DNA of 64,000 nucleotides from a virus (taxonomy: Duplodnaviria; Caudoviricetes). How positions within the stretch are numbered: the stretch's first letter is position 1; each line of letters opens with the position of its first letter. The stretch covers positions 29,987 through 93,986 of the IMG/VR virus record IMGVR_UViG_3300029288_000118; one strand, 5' to 3'. The notes beneath the pieces are model-generated. The model did not search any database and had not been told where the DNA came from. It saw only the letters and a program-made list of their open reading frames with translations. Below are positions 19,623 to 29,945 of this stretch, piece by piece. Position numbers and translations under genes: made by a program.

Positions 19623-21451
19623 TGATAAATAATCCAGACATAAGACGGCCAAAGCCAATATTTTTAAATCTTTCACCAACAATAGAGGGAATGGATGATC
19701 TATCAGATTATGCAATGATGATCCATACAAAAAAGAATTTGTCTACAAACGCCGGGACATGGGAAGCAACATTAGTGCCCTCACCTTATGCTCAAGAGAG
19801 GATAAGCAGAGCAGATTTTCAGAATATTGTTTATCAAAGTATACGACCAATGGATTGTGTTATACTCGGTCAGTGGGGAAAAGGATTCGACGATGATGAC
19901 GAATATTCACCTCAGCATTTCATGTTTGGTTTTGTAGATAATGTATATCGATCATTTTCAAGGGTAAACGGCAGAATAGAACGAAGCGTTAATGTAAGAG
20001 GACGGGACGCGACTAAGTTGTTTCTTGTAGATAATATTGCGAATGCTCCAGAGCTTGCGACTAATCCTGATCTTATGGATGCGTTCGTTAATAAAAAGGT
20101 TTTAGAATTTTTACAGTATTTGCGCGGGACCTTTAATGGCAAAAGTATTTTTATAAATAGCTGGCTTCCGCAAGTAATATACTGGTTGCTATCAAACGCA
20201 CCATCAATGAGAATAGGATTAGATTATTTACAAGGAAAAGAATCTAACAAGGGAGATCCGAATGATTTATTGAGTCCTGCTGATTTATTCCAAACGTATT
20301 TAATGGCAAGGGCTGATGAAAAGGTATACAACATACCGATGTCTATTTACTCAGGCAGTCTGTTAAATTATTTCACGAGCGTGATTGATCCAGCTTTCTA
20401 CGAATTATGGATTGATACTATGCCATATAATTCTCCGGCTAATTCATCTGGAATGACAAGACCATGTTTGATCATGAGACCCAAGCCTTATGATTATGAA
20501 TGGGAAAAAACGAATTCAAAAGGTGAAGATTTGTTAAATGTGTTTTGTGAATTAAGTAGTAGTAATCCCCTATCATCGATAAATAAATGGAACGAAACAA
20601 ATAATAAAAATTATAATTGGCAAAAATTTATCCATCCAATAACAGCTTGCAGTTTTACGATAAAAGATGAAGACGTAATGCAATGCAATCTTGGCATTTC
20701 AGATGAAGAGATATTCACCTTGTTTCGTGTGAGTGGAAAAGGTGATATTATTGGGACTGGATCATTGGCTACGTTTGGATTGAATTTTCCACTTATTGAC
20801 GCTATGATGATGAAGTCTTATGGATTGAGAGAATTATCGCTTGAAAGTGGTTTAATACCGCCTTCGGTTGACGATCTATCTCAGAGATTTAATACTAAAC
20901 TTGGAAATATCGTACAGAGAGAAGAAAGAGAAGAATATGCTGAAGCATGGGGGAGCAACATATTGACTACATTGGGAGTGTTTAAGAAAGAAGATATTCC
21001 TAATTATGTGGAAGACTGGGATAGGCAATTAAAAAACAATGCTCTGCTTAGACTAATCACTACAGAAAAAAGAGATAGATTATGGAGAATGAATAGATAC
21101 AATCACTTGCTTGAAAGTGGAACTCTGACAATCAAGGGCGGCAATGTTTTTGTTGGGCAGAAAATATTATCTTCTTTGGATTCAGGTATATTTTGGACAC
21201 GAGGATTATTTGATCCACAAACAAGGCAAAGAAATTCTAAGAGTGGAATGGAGTTTTATTGTGTAGGCGTAGAGCAACATGCTGGCTGGGGACAGACCTG
21301 GAAGACGGGATTGTCTTTAACACGAGGTGCAAATATGAGTGAACTACAATCATATTATACTAATCGTCACTTAGACAAAGCTAATGGTAGTCAAAACCAG
21401 GTCTTCGCAAGAAATACAGAAGGCGAATCAAGCGCAAAGGAGTTATCGTAA
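19622..21451 (+). CDS. Baseplate hub (gp27-like)
   Basis: After the tape measure; MFGFVDNV...VRGRDATK and FYCVGVEQH...TGLSLTRG hub motifs. Confidence 0.75.
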   Translation: MINNPDIRRPKPIFLNLSPTIEGMDDLSDYAMMIHTKKNLSTNAGTWEATLVPSPYAQERISRADFQNIVYQSIRPMDCVILGQWGKGFDDDDEYSPQHFMFGFVDNVYRSFSRVNGRIERSVNVRGRDATKLFLVDNIANAPELATNPDLMDAFVNKKVLEFLQYLRGTFNGKSIFINSWLPQVIYWLLSNAPSMRIGLDYLQGKESNKGDPNDLLSPADLFQTYLMARADEKVYNIPMSIYSGSLLNYFTSVIDPAFYELWIDTMPYNSPANSSGMTRPCLIMRPKPYDYEWEKTNSKGEDLLNVFCELSSSNPLSSINKWNETNNKNYNWQKFIHPITACSFTIKDEDVMQCNLGISDEEIFTLFRVSGKGDIIGTGSLATFGLNFPLIDAMMMKSYGLRELSLESGLIPPSVDDLSQRFNTKLGNIVQREEREEYAEAWGSNILTTLGVFKKEDIPNYVEDWDRQLKNNALLRLITTEKRDRLWRMNRYNHLLESGTLTIKGGNVFVGQKILSSLDSGIFWTRGLFDPQTRQRNSKSGMEFYCVGVEQHAGWGQTWKTGLSLTRGANMSELQSYYTNRHLDKANGSQNQVFARNTEGESSAKELS

Positions 21452-21453
21452 AA

Positions 21454-22341
21454 ATGTCAGGTTGTTATAGAATAGAGCAGGATGGATTTGTCAGTGAATA
21501 CGAATATGAGCAGTTAAGAAACAATGACCAGCGTATATTTTATCCGGTCACTGGGCACTTTGTGAGGCTGAAAAATAATCCTCAAGCGTTATTTTTATTT
21601 GATGATTCAGCAAGGTTATTTCATTCAATTGATAAAGTAAGTTTTCTGCACAAAGTTAGTAATCCAATTGAAGGCCATAAAATATATCCGCGACCATTTA
21701 TAATTGATCAAACTCCGGATGAAAAGAGGATAAAAGGATATCAATTTGGATCTATAATAATCAGCACTGGAGACAAAGTTCTTATATCGTATGTTAATGG
21801 TAGCATTTTCAATCCGTTAGTTATAGGCTCTATAGAACCATTTGGCAGTTTTTACCAGAATAAATTTTTATTGACCAAGCCCGATGAATGGGAACAAGAA
21901 AAAAAGAGATTAGAAAACGATGATTATATTCTCGAGTACAAGGACGATGCGAAAGGTGAGCTGGTACTTAATTTAATTGCTAAGTCTGCGGGTACCGGGA
22001 ATATTACACTGAATTTAACCGGCACAGAAGGCAATGGCAAGGTGACTTTAAACCTTAACGGAAATGTTGGTATAAACCAGGTAGACGGAGATGGGAAGGT
22101 AAAACAATCAATTACTATGAATTATGGTAATGGTGGGATAAAAATTAAGGGTAAAACAGACGGAAAAGAAGAATATACTCTTTATGGTGAGACGGTAAAA
22201 GATAAGCTGGAAAAAATTATTGCCGCAATAAAAGCGTTAGTATTTATGACCAATACGGGAACCACAACTGGATTAATACCAGCATCGATACAGGAACTCG
22301 ATGATATCAATCAATCACTTAATGAAATACTGGTGGATTAA
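21454..22341 (+). CDS. Baseplate central spike (gp5/gpV-like)
   Basis: OB-fold motif GDKVLISYVNGS..NPLVIG followed by beta-repeats. Confidence 0.75.
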   Translation: MSGCYRIEQDGFVSEYEYEQLRNNDQRIFYPVTGHFVRLKNNPQALFLFDDSARLFHSIDKVSFLHKVSNPIEGHKIYPRPFIIDQTPDEKRIKGYQFGSIIISTGDKVLISYVNGSIFNPLVIGSIEPFGSFYQNKFLLTKPDEWEQEKKRLENDDYILEYKDDAKGELVLNLIAKSAGTGNITLNLTGTEGNGKVTLNLNGNVGINQVDGDGKVKQSITMNYGNGGIKIKGKTDGKEEYTLYGETVKDKLEKIIAAIKALVFMTNTGTTTGLIPASIQELDDINQSLNEILVD

Positions 22342-22598
22342 TGGCTATTAATTATGATAAAGGGAGTTTAAAGAACTCTATAAAAGCCGTGTTAGATGCA
22401 GCATCCGAAAGAACATCTGACCCTGCACAGAGTAGAGATGATATTGCTGGAGCAATTGCGGACGCGGTTGATACCTATGTGAAAAAAGTGATTCAAACAG
22501 CGAGAGTAAACCATGCTTCAGGAACAGTTAATGGTGTAGCACCATCCGGAGGTGGACCTATAACGGCTGGAACGGCGAGCGAAGGAGTGATATCCTAA
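22341..22598 (+). CDS. Small spike-associated protein
   Basis: Coupled to the spike gene; IADAVDTYVK helix and Gly-rich tail. Confidence 0.5.
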   Translation: MAINYDKGSLKNSIKAVLDAASERTSDPAQSRDDIAGAIADAVDTYVKKVIQTARVNHASGTVNGVAPSGGGPITAGTASEGVIS

Positions 22599-23446
22599 TG
22601 GGTGCGATAAATTTGAAAAAAAGTGATGCAATAGTATTCCAGCTCTTGAGAAAAAACCTTGCCGGGATAGATGAACCAGCGAGAATCTGGAAGGAAATTA
22701 AAGTTGTGACACTGGCAGTTAAACCATCGTTCATAGATTATAATTATAGGAATCGATCACAAATAAATCAGACTCAGGAAAGAAGTGGTTTTGTTGACAA
22801 ATATGGTATGCTGTTTACTCAGGTGAACATGGGTGGATCCTTTGGTATACAACCAAGACGTGTAGGATTATCATTAAAAGACGGGTATACACGATTGATG
22901 GAGTTTAGAGATGAAATAGTCAAAAAATCGAATAGAGTGAACGATGAACTTGATCAAAAAGAAGGAACAAGCCAGATTTTCGGTGGGAACAATCTGGGAA
23001 GCGATGCAAATGCAAAATATGTTTATGCTGTGAACTTTTATGATTTTATCAATAATGAAATGTTTGCTATCGACATAACTACATTCAGCATTCGCTTGGA
23101 TTCAGCTTTTAATACCGTGATGCCAACGTATAAGTTAGGTTTTCAAGAAATTGGCGATGTCATAAAAGTAAATACGATGGATGGAGTACTGAGAGCGTTA
23201 TTGGCCGTCTCTTCGGTTATGGATACAATTGAAAACGAGATTAATTATGCATCAGATTATATAACAAGTTCACCTATATTCCAAGCAGTTGAATTCGGGG
23301 TAACGATGGTCGAAGACATTATAAACCAGGCAAATAATCTCAGCGACACAATCATTTTATACGCCGCTGCGACATCCGGGATAGCAACATCGATCAAGAA
23401 TAGACAAATAAACACAGCTTTACAGTTTTCATCCGTAAAGGGTTAA
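22598..23446 (+). CDS. Baseplate/tail-tube initiator protein
   Basis: P..I.YNY..R..I.QT....VDKYG....V.MGGSFG pattern. Confidence 0.6.
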   Translation: MGAINLKKSDAIVFQLLRKNLAGIDEPARIWKEIKVVTLAVKPSFIDYNYRNRSQINQTQERSGFVDKYGMLFTQVNMGGSFGIQPRRVGLSLKDGYTRLMEFRDEIVKKSNRVNDELDQKEGTSQIFGGNNLGSDANAKYVYAVNFYDFINNEMFAIDITTFSIRLDSAFNTVMPTYKLGFQEIGDVIKVNTMDGVLRALLAVSSVMDTIENEINYASDYITSSPIFQAVEFGVTMVEDIINQANNLSDTIILYAAATSGIATSIKNRQINTALQFSSVKG

Positions 23447-23448
23447 TC

Positions 23449-24282
23449 GTGGCAGAAAAGTTATCACAATATTATAAAGAAGTGGAGAAAGCACTTTATC
23501 TATTTGAGACCACTTTGAACACATTGGAAAACAAGATATTAAATCTTCCAGATGAAGACGTGGATTTGGTAGAGAACGATTATTCTGGTGCGGTCTATGC
23601 GGTTCAGAATGCGGTAAACAAATTAATGATTCTCGATAATATTCATAAATTTGAAAAGATAACAAAAAGCCAGATGCAATATTTATTTAGCTCCTATGAT
23701 TCCGGGAATGGAATAAATAAGATAGTTACAGACATTGAATACATAGTAGCAACTTATGACACGATTAGAACTATAGAGCAGAAATTCAATGTACCGTGGC
23801 TTAAAATTCAAGATTATAATAACATTTTACCAAGCGAGGTTGTCACGGGATTAGCTATACGGATACCGATAGAAACTCCAGTAGATCAGAATACAATTCG
23901 AGACATACCTACGATTGGTGATCAGCAAGGGAATAACATACTGGGCGTAGATTTTACAAATGATCTGAAAGAAGGTGAAGACGGAGATTTTAAGACGTTA
24001 ACACCAGAAGAATCGTTCAAACAATCGGTTGACAACAGACTTACATTGATGCCAGGTTCAGTCCCGTACTATGAAGAAATAGGCTTTGACCCTAAAATTC
24101 CAGAAGGTTATAACAATGAAGAAATCGAAAGCATATTGCAATTAAGAATCATAAACGCACTTTCGGACGATAAAAGGATTAAAAATATATCTATTTCAGA
24201 CCAGACAAAAAATAAAACTTCTCGACAGTTCAGTACTAATATTCAAACAATCAGTGGACAGCAAATTGAACTCCCTATTTAA
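23449..24282 (+). CDS. Baseplate wedge protein, LysM plus gp25-like
   Basis: LysM-like YIV..YDTIRTI....VPWLKI..YNNI; gp25-like ALSDDKRI; GTG start. Confidence 0.75.
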   Translation: MAEKLSQYYKEVEKALYLFETTLNTLENKILNLPDEDVDLVENDYSGAVYAVQNAVNKLMILDNIHKFEKITKSQMQYLFSSYDSGNGINKIVTDIEYIVATYDTIRTIEQKFNVPWLKIQDYNNILPSEVVTGLAIRIPIETPVDQNTIRDIPTIGDQQGNNILGVDFTNDLKEGEDGDFKTLTPEESFKQSVDNRLTLMPGSVPYYEEIGFDPKIPEGYNNEEIESILQLRIINALSDDKRIKNISISDQTKNKTSRQFSTNIQTISGQQIELPI

Positions 24283-24292
24283 TGGATAGCCC

Positions 24293-25693
24293 ATGAGAAC
24301 TCAAAAGCAAATAGAAACAGGTATTTCGCAACTATTTTTTTCCTGGCAAAGCAAAATAACAACCTATGCAAAAGGAAGTTCTGTACGTGCGCTTATAGTT
24401 GCGGTCTCCGCTTTCATTTTTGATTTATGGAACGAAGTTACACAAATAAAAAGAAAACTATTCCCCAGCACAGCAATTGGCACGGATCTCGACGATCTAT
24501 TAAGTGAGCACGGGACAAAAAGGCTTGAACAGGTAAGTTTATCAACTATACTTGTATTTGGCAGTAATGAGATTGTAAAAAGTAATAGTACTAGCGTTGG
24601 GTTAAATTATTTGACAGACACGACACAATACTGGGATATTAATGAGCATACTGGTAAAATATTATACGATTCCAGCACAAATGAATATACAATAGTATCA
24701 AACACGAGTAATACTCTGGTTATATCCGGCACTCCAGCAAGTGGATTATATTATATCTTCCCAGTTGTGCCAGTAGGGACGGCAATATTGTCTAATATAT
24801 CCGGCGTAAAATATCTTACCACTTCAGAGGTTATAGTAGGTAAGTCAAACCCTGTTTTATTGGCAAGAACAAATTCAATTGCATTAGGAAATAGAACTAT
24901 TGCAACTTGTGAACAAGCGGGAGACGAAGGAAGAGTGCAAGCGAATGAACTTACTGTATTTGATACCGAGATTTCAGGTGTCAATTCCGTAACGAATCCA
25001 TTGCCGTCACAACCGAGAAGCAGTGTAGACAGTGAAAGTGACGATGCTTTTAGACAAAGAACGGCGATGCTCATATCTTCTTATGACATAGGTACTCAAG
25101 CATTTTTTGAAAGTCTGGCAGTAAGAGGAAACAATAAAGTTTTGAGATCAATAGCAAAGAAGAATATACTTACAGATGGAGTGCAAATTCATATTGCTAC
25201 ACGAAGCGGAGAAGAATTATCAGCGGGAGAATTAACTACGCTTGCGACTTATATTTATGATAGAAGCCGTGCTTTCGATGCGGTAGATTGTGTTAATATG
25301 GTAATGACTGATATATTTGTTGATTTAGAATGCGCGTTACCACCGGACGTTACTCTCGAAGATTATTATAACCAGGTAGCAAATGCGTTGGCCGATTATT
25401 TTGATTATTCAAAGTGGGATACCGATGATTCAATCATTGACGATGATTTACTCGTGATTATAAAAGCTATTGATACAGATGTTGACATTGATCTCAGCAC
25501 GTTTATGGTAGAGGCATCTAAAGATAGCGTATTTTTTGACAGCAAAAGAATAGAGTTAATAGATTCGTTGCCGAGATTTGCAAGACTGAGAATTAAGGAT
25601 ACTATTTTAAACGAAACATTGGATTATGTTTTGAATTCGTATCCAATATCACAACAAAATGATCCCTTATTAAATCCATACGCATTCCAATAA
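24293..25693 (+). CDS. Baseplate J-like wedge protein
   Basis: TAIGTDLDD, VPVGT, CEQAGDEG and VTNP...DSESDDAFRQR motifs. Confidence 0.88.
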   Translation: MRTQKQIETGISQLFFSWQSKITTYAKGSSVRALIVAVSAFIFDLWNEVTQIKRKLFPSTAIGTDLDDLLSEHGTKRLEQVSLSTILVFGSNEIVKSNSTSVGLNYLTDTTQYWDINEHTGKILYDSSTNEYTIVSNTSNTLVISGTPASGLYYIFPVVPVGTAILSNISGVKYLTTSEVIVGKSNPVLLARTNSIALGNRTIATCEQAGDEGRVQANELTVFDTEISGVNSVTNPLPSQPRSSVDSESDDAFRQRTAMLISSYDIGTQAFFESLAVRGNNKVLRSIAKKNILTDGVQIHIATRSGEELSAGELTTLATYIYDRSRAFDAVDCVNMVMTDIFVDLECALPPDVTLEDYYNQVANALADYFDYSKWDTDDSIIDDDLLVIIKAIDTDVDIDLSTFMVEASKDSVFFDSKRIELIDSLPRFARLRIKDTILNETLDYVLNSYPISQQNDPLLNPYAFQ

Positions 25694-25705
25694 AGAGGTA
25701 ATAAT

Positions 25706-26080
25706 ATGTCAGTCACAGTCAAGTTTTTTCGTGGGTTAGAAGCCGAACTTCCAACATTGGAGGACGGGCAACCAGGTTGGACGACCGATACCCACAAATT
25801 GTTTGTAGGTTCTGAAGCTGGCAACATTGAGCTTAGTGGTGGTGGAGGTGGTAGTAGTGGAATAATTTCTGGGAATGCTACGCTGGGCGCAGATGGAACA
25901 GTAACCGTGCTTAATGCGAGTGTAACTACAAAAGAAAAAGTGTTCCTCAACCGCAATTCAGGCAATAGCAATGAAGCTATTTACGTGAGTGCAGCAGTTT
26001 CCGGAGTATCTTTTACTATCACATCAACAGCAGGTTCTATTGATACAGGACTCGTTATAGGATATATTATTGTATTATAA
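25706..26080 (+). CDS. Short fibre protein with Mtd_N/hyaluronidase-N-like domain
   Basis: RGLEAELPTLEDGQPGWTTDTHKLFVG followed by a poly-Gly hinge. Confidence 0.7.
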   Translation: MSVTVKFFRGLEAELPTLEDGQPGWTTDTHKLFVGSEAGNIELSGGGGGSSGIISGNATLGADGTVTVLNASVTTKEKVFLNRNSGNSNEAIYVSAAVSGVSFTITSTAGSIDTGLVIGYIIVL

Positions 26081-26102
26081 TTGTATTTTAAAAGGAGAAA
26101 CC

Positions 26103-28157
26103 ATGAAAAAACTTATTTTAATCTTAGCGGTATTATTGTTCACCTTGCCGGCATATTCGCAATGGGTGAGAAAGAATTCGGGAGGCACGGTTTCAACAAC
26201 TGGTACTCGGATAAATCTACAGCGGAGCACCGATACATTACAATTAAACCTTACTAATACTATATTGAGTGGACAGGTTCCAGGAGATTTAATACCGAGA
26301 TATACAGATACATATAGTCTCGGTTCGTCCACAAACTTGTGGTTGAAAGGATGGCTTTCAGAAATAGAAGCTGTATTATTTGCTGAAAATACTATCACGG
26401 TATTCGGCGGATATTCCTATATAACAAAAGATGCTGGTACGATTCAAACTGATGTTGAATCAGGAACTACTACGATTGATTTTGGTAGGACAATGACTCC
26501 CAATGATTTTGTTGTATTAAGAAATTCTGGAGAGGTTGAATACATACAGGTAGGTTCGTTAGTATCGGGCACAGCCTACAATGTAACTCGTGATCTTGAT
26601 GGGACAGGTGCTAATAGTTGGGCGCAAGGGACTCCATTTGCTGTTTTAGGATATAATGGGACTGGTCGAATAGAAATGAAGTCCGGTTCAAGCGCAGGTG
26701 ATACAAGAATAAGTTTATTTACACAGGGAACTACTTATAATGATCAAATAGAAAGACTGAGACTCGGTGATTTAAACCAATTGGCGGGTTATTCTACAAC
26801 ACATTATGGAATGTGGGGAGGAGCTGGGACAAAAACATATTTTTATATTGCAGATGATTCTACGGCGCAAATAGCTGGATATAACTTTAATGATACATCA
26901 ATGTACTCTGGAGTTGGAGAGTATGGCAATTCAAATACTCCGTTTTTTCAAAGTTCTTCAGGCAGATTTTCTTTAGGGGACAAATTGACATGGGATGGTA
27001 CGACTCTCGGTTTAACGGGAGAAATAGTTGTTTCAGGCACATATAGCTGGGACTCATTAGCAGATAAACCTACAACGCTTGGAGAGATCAGTCCGACAGA
27101 AGCATCGAAGTTGGCTGGGATTGCCAGTGGAGCGACTGTGGGGGCTACATGGGGAACGGATCTTTCTGGAATACCAAGTCATTTAGCAACAACTGCACCG
27201 GACAACTCTCTCTCTATAACGTCTACATTTATGGGTTTTCATGCAACTGGAACTAATTGGCCAATAAAGATTGCGAACGACGGTGGCGTAGGGAAGTTTT
27301 ATGCAGGTGATGGATCCAGCAAATTCATCGATTGGAATGGAAGTGATTTAACGGTTCAAGGTAATATATATACTTCTTCGGGTGCAAAGAGAACGATATT
27401 AAGTAGTTCAACTAATGAATTGTCTTTTTATGAATCTTCGGCAGAAAAAGTCCGTATTGGTTCTGGAGTATTCGGATCAAATTCGGGTGTTCTTGTCAAT
27501 AACGGTGTGGTATATTCTTTAACAACACTTGCAGATGAACCAGCAATATATGCATCAGCAAATAATGCATCTTGGGCAACCGGAGGAAGATTCGGCGCGA
27601 CTGGAGCTGGCAATAATAAAGCTATAACATCAAGTGCAACTGGTGGAGCTTATAATTATTCTTTTTATGGATATTCAGGTGATATATATAATGCTGGAAA
27701 TATAAACATAGGTTCAGGTTATAATTATAAGATTAATGGCACAAATTTATCCGCTGCAAACGTAGGAGCTATTGCTTTAGGAGGGGCATATACTGATTTA
27801 GATGGATACAGTAAAATAGGCACGGGTTCGACTCAAGTTGCAAGAGGTAATCATACTCATACTGGGGTTTATGAGCCTGCTTTTAGTGTATTGTCCTGGT
27901 CAAAAGGTGGTACTGGTAATAATTCATTTACATCTGGTCAAATAATAATAGCAGATAATTATGGAGACGGATATTTTACATCATCTGGTTATTATCCTAC
28001 CAGTTTTGCGCCAGCAACACAGGGAGCAACCTTCGGGACCCATGATTATGCTGGATACTATGTTGCATTATCCAGCGGTGGTTCTGTAACAAAGCAATTA
28101 GAATATGTAGCAGTCACAATAAACGGAGTAACATATAATTTCTTAATAAAAAATTAA
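26103..28157 (+). CDS. Tail fibre-like protein with Sec signal peptide
   Basis: ATG 26103 after AAAGGAG; MKKLILILAVLLFTLPAYS-Q; fibre motifs YSLGSSTNLW, FSLGDKLTWDGTTL, WDSLADKP, ARGNHTH, SKGGTG. Confidence 0.8.
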   Translation: MKKLILILAVLLFTLPAYSQWVRKNSGGTVSTTGTRINLQRSTDTLQLNLTNTILSGQVPGDLIPRYTDTYSLGSSTNLWLKGWLSEIEAVLFAENTITVFGGYSYITKDAGTIQTDVESGTTTIDFGRTMTPNDFVVLRNSGEVEYIQVGSLVSGTAYNVTRDLDGTGANSWAQGTPFAVLGYNGTGRIEMKSGSSAGDTRISLFTQGTTYNDQIERLRLGDLNQLAGYSTTHYGMWGGAGTKTYFYIADDSTAQIAGYNFNDTSMYSGVGEYGNSNTPFFQSSSGRFSLGDKLTWDGTTLGLTGEIVVSGTYSWDSLADKPTTLGEISPTEASKLAGIASGATVGATWGTDLSGIPSHLATTAPDNSLSITSTFMGFHATGTNWPIKIANDGGVGKFYAGDGSSKFIDWNGSDLTVQGNIYTSSGAKRTILSSSTNELSFYESSAEKVRIGSGVFGSNSGVLVNNGVVYSLTTLADEPAIYASANNASWATGGRFGATGAGNNKAITSSATGGAYNYSFYGYSGDIYNAGNINIGSGYNYKINGTNLSAANVGAIALGGAYTDLDGYSKIGTGSTQVARGNHTHTGVYEPAFSVLSWSKGGTGNNSFTSGQIIIADNYGDGYFTSSGYYPTSFAPATQGATFGTHDYAGYYVALSSGGSVTKQLEYVAVTINGVTYNFLIKN

Positions 28158-28172
28158 AAGAGGAGAAACATC

Positions 28173-28484
28173 ATGAAAAAGATTATCGGTCTACAAATAT
28201 TATTAATTATTGCCGGCACGATCTTGTTTGCGCAAGACAAGCAAAATATCAGTATTGCGAAAAAAGATACGTCGGTTTGGGTTAAAAAATCAATTCAAGA
28301 GAATTTTGTTCAATCGAAACTTAAAGAGCTTAATCAAATGCAGGTACAATTAGACGCGAGGAAGAAAGCTGTCGACGCAGATCAAAAAGCTATTGATGGA
28401 GCTATAAAGTATTATGAAGGTCAAATGGATCTGATTAATTTATTGTCGGATTCAGTGCTGGTAGACAAGAGGAAATTAGAGTAA
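28173..28484 (+). CDS. Exported coiled-coil protein (fibre chaperone-like)
   Basis: Signal peptide ending TILFA-Q; coiled coil ending IDGAIKYYEG; directly follows the fibre gene. Confidence 0.6.
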   Translation: MKKIIGLQILLIIAGTILFAQDKQNISIAKKDTSVWVKKSIQENFVQSKLKELNQMQVQLDARKKAVDADQKAIDGAIKYYEGQMDLINLLSDSVLVDKRKLE

Positions 28485-28491
28485 TAATAAA

Positions 28492-28986
28492 ATGTCTGAG
28501 CAAATTTATAGACGTGCGAATATATTAAAGTCTTTTCAGACTCTTTTGAAGTATGATGCTTTTTCAAAGCATGATAACGACAGATTCCCCCTTCCTCTTG
28601 TCGCTTATTATGATCCAGACATCGAAGAAGTTACCTATGTCACAGAGGCAAACAAACTGCCTATTACGGCAACCGTAAACCTGCTTGCGAACGAATTGAA
28701 GATCATTGCTCAGGGTACAGTCACGATTGCAGAAGCAGGCACGCCAGTGGCATTGCCGTCAAACACGAGCGCGAAAGCCGTGATTGTCTATAATGGAAAC
28801 TCAACTGGAGTAATAATTGTCGTGGGTAAAGCTACAATAGATGCTGTTTCGGAACCGCCTGTAGGACTACCGCTTGTTTTTCCATACTCTAACAGCGGTG
28901 TATTGAGAGTAATGGCTAATAGCAATGAGATATATGTAGATGCAAGCATAAACGGTACAAAATTAACTTACAGCATATTAGGTTAA
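28492..28986 (+). CDS. Structural accessory protein, paralog of 7487-7939
   Basis: Collinear similarity to the 150-aa protein at 7487. Confidence 0.6.
   Translation: MSEQIYRRANILKSFQTLLKYDAFSKHDNDRFPLPLVAYYDPDIEEVTYVTEANKLPITATVNLLANELKIIAQGTVTIAEAGTPVALPSNTSAKAVIVYNGNSTGVIIVVGKATIDAVSEPPVGLPLVFPYSNSGVLRVMANSNEIYVDASINGTKLTYSILG
28735..28794 (+). repeat. 60-bp near-identical direct repeat, copy B
   Basis: 58/60 identity with 7685-7744. Confidence 0.9.
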
Positions 28987-29945
28987 TGATGAATACGAGA
29001 GATACATTATTATACAGTATAGCTACGGAATTGCAATTATTGCGAGACTATATAAACAGGCTTCCAAAGGTTAAAGAAAGTAGCATAGGTGGACAACTAT
29101 GGACAGATTTTTTAAAAATATTTCTCAGTAGAAGAGAAGAAAAAACAAATTATGCTTTTCCCAGCAAAACCACAGCATTGTTACACAATCTTTTTGGCGA
29201 TTGTGATACCGATGAAATAGGAGATCCAATAAGTATTTTAGATTTTGAAAAAGCGACCTATGCTATCCATAAAGCACGAGGGACAGAAAATGGGATATTA
29301 GCCGATATTAAAAGAATCTGTAACAGTGTCAACGTAGAAGTAAGAGGATATCCACAAAGTCAATGTGGTTGGATAGGGGATGTTACAAGCCCGGAATTTG
29401 CGTGGAAAATTCTGGACGATACAGGAGGGAAGATCACGTTTGATTTGCCAGCAGATGGAGGTGAATTCGGGGATACTCCATCCGAGACTGTTGATGGTGG
29501 TTCCTTCGGTATACCAATAACTGAACCCGGAATAATAGAATTTATATTCACAGAGAATGCAACAACGATATTAGCGTTACTCGGTATAACAGAAAACTGG
29601 GAAGATTTAGACGGTATAACGGAAATAATGGTCACAACGGAACAAGCGAGCAGTGTTTTATTCTCTGGATTGGGCACATTATCAATGTTCGGCAAAACAC
29701 TGGAACAGATAGAAGATTATTTTTCAGCCGATATGTATATAAACGCAAAGGCATTGATCAGTGTAAATGCGCTTATTTATGATCCTGACAACTCATTGTG
29801 TTATATGGATTTAGACAACATGGTTCTTATTGATGCAGAGAATAATGGTGGAAGATCATCTTTAGAGATAGAAAATATTATAAGACATGATTTTGTGCCC
29901 ATAAAGTATAATATAAAAACAAACATTGAAAGAGTGCCAGTATGA
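28986..29945 (+). CDS. Baseplate wedge gpI-like protein with acidic insertion
   Basis: HKARGTENGI..DI motif and C-terminal FVP; central DGGEFG/DGGSFG insertion. Confidence 0.6.
   Translation: MMNTRDTLLYSIATELQLLRDYINRLPKVKESSIGGQLWTDFLKIFLSRREEKTNYAFPSKTTALLHNLFGDCDTDEIGDPISILDFEKATYAIHKARGTENGILADIKRICNSVNVEVRGYPQSQCGWIGDVTSPEFAWKILDDTGGKITFDLPADGGEFGDTPSETVDGGSFGIPITEPGIIEFIFTENATTILALLGITENWEDLDGITEIMVTTEQASSVLFSGLGTLSMFGKTLEQIEDYFSADMYINAKALISVNALIYDPDNSLCYMDLDNMVLIDAENNGGRSSLEIENIIRHDFVPIKYNIKTNIERVPV

Noticed and set aside
7685-28962. Diversity-generating retroelement (TR/VR pair), since all three mismatches in the repeat blocks are A versus G
   Set aside because: The mismatches are synonymous third positions, both copies are coding, and no reverse transcriptase is present in the window
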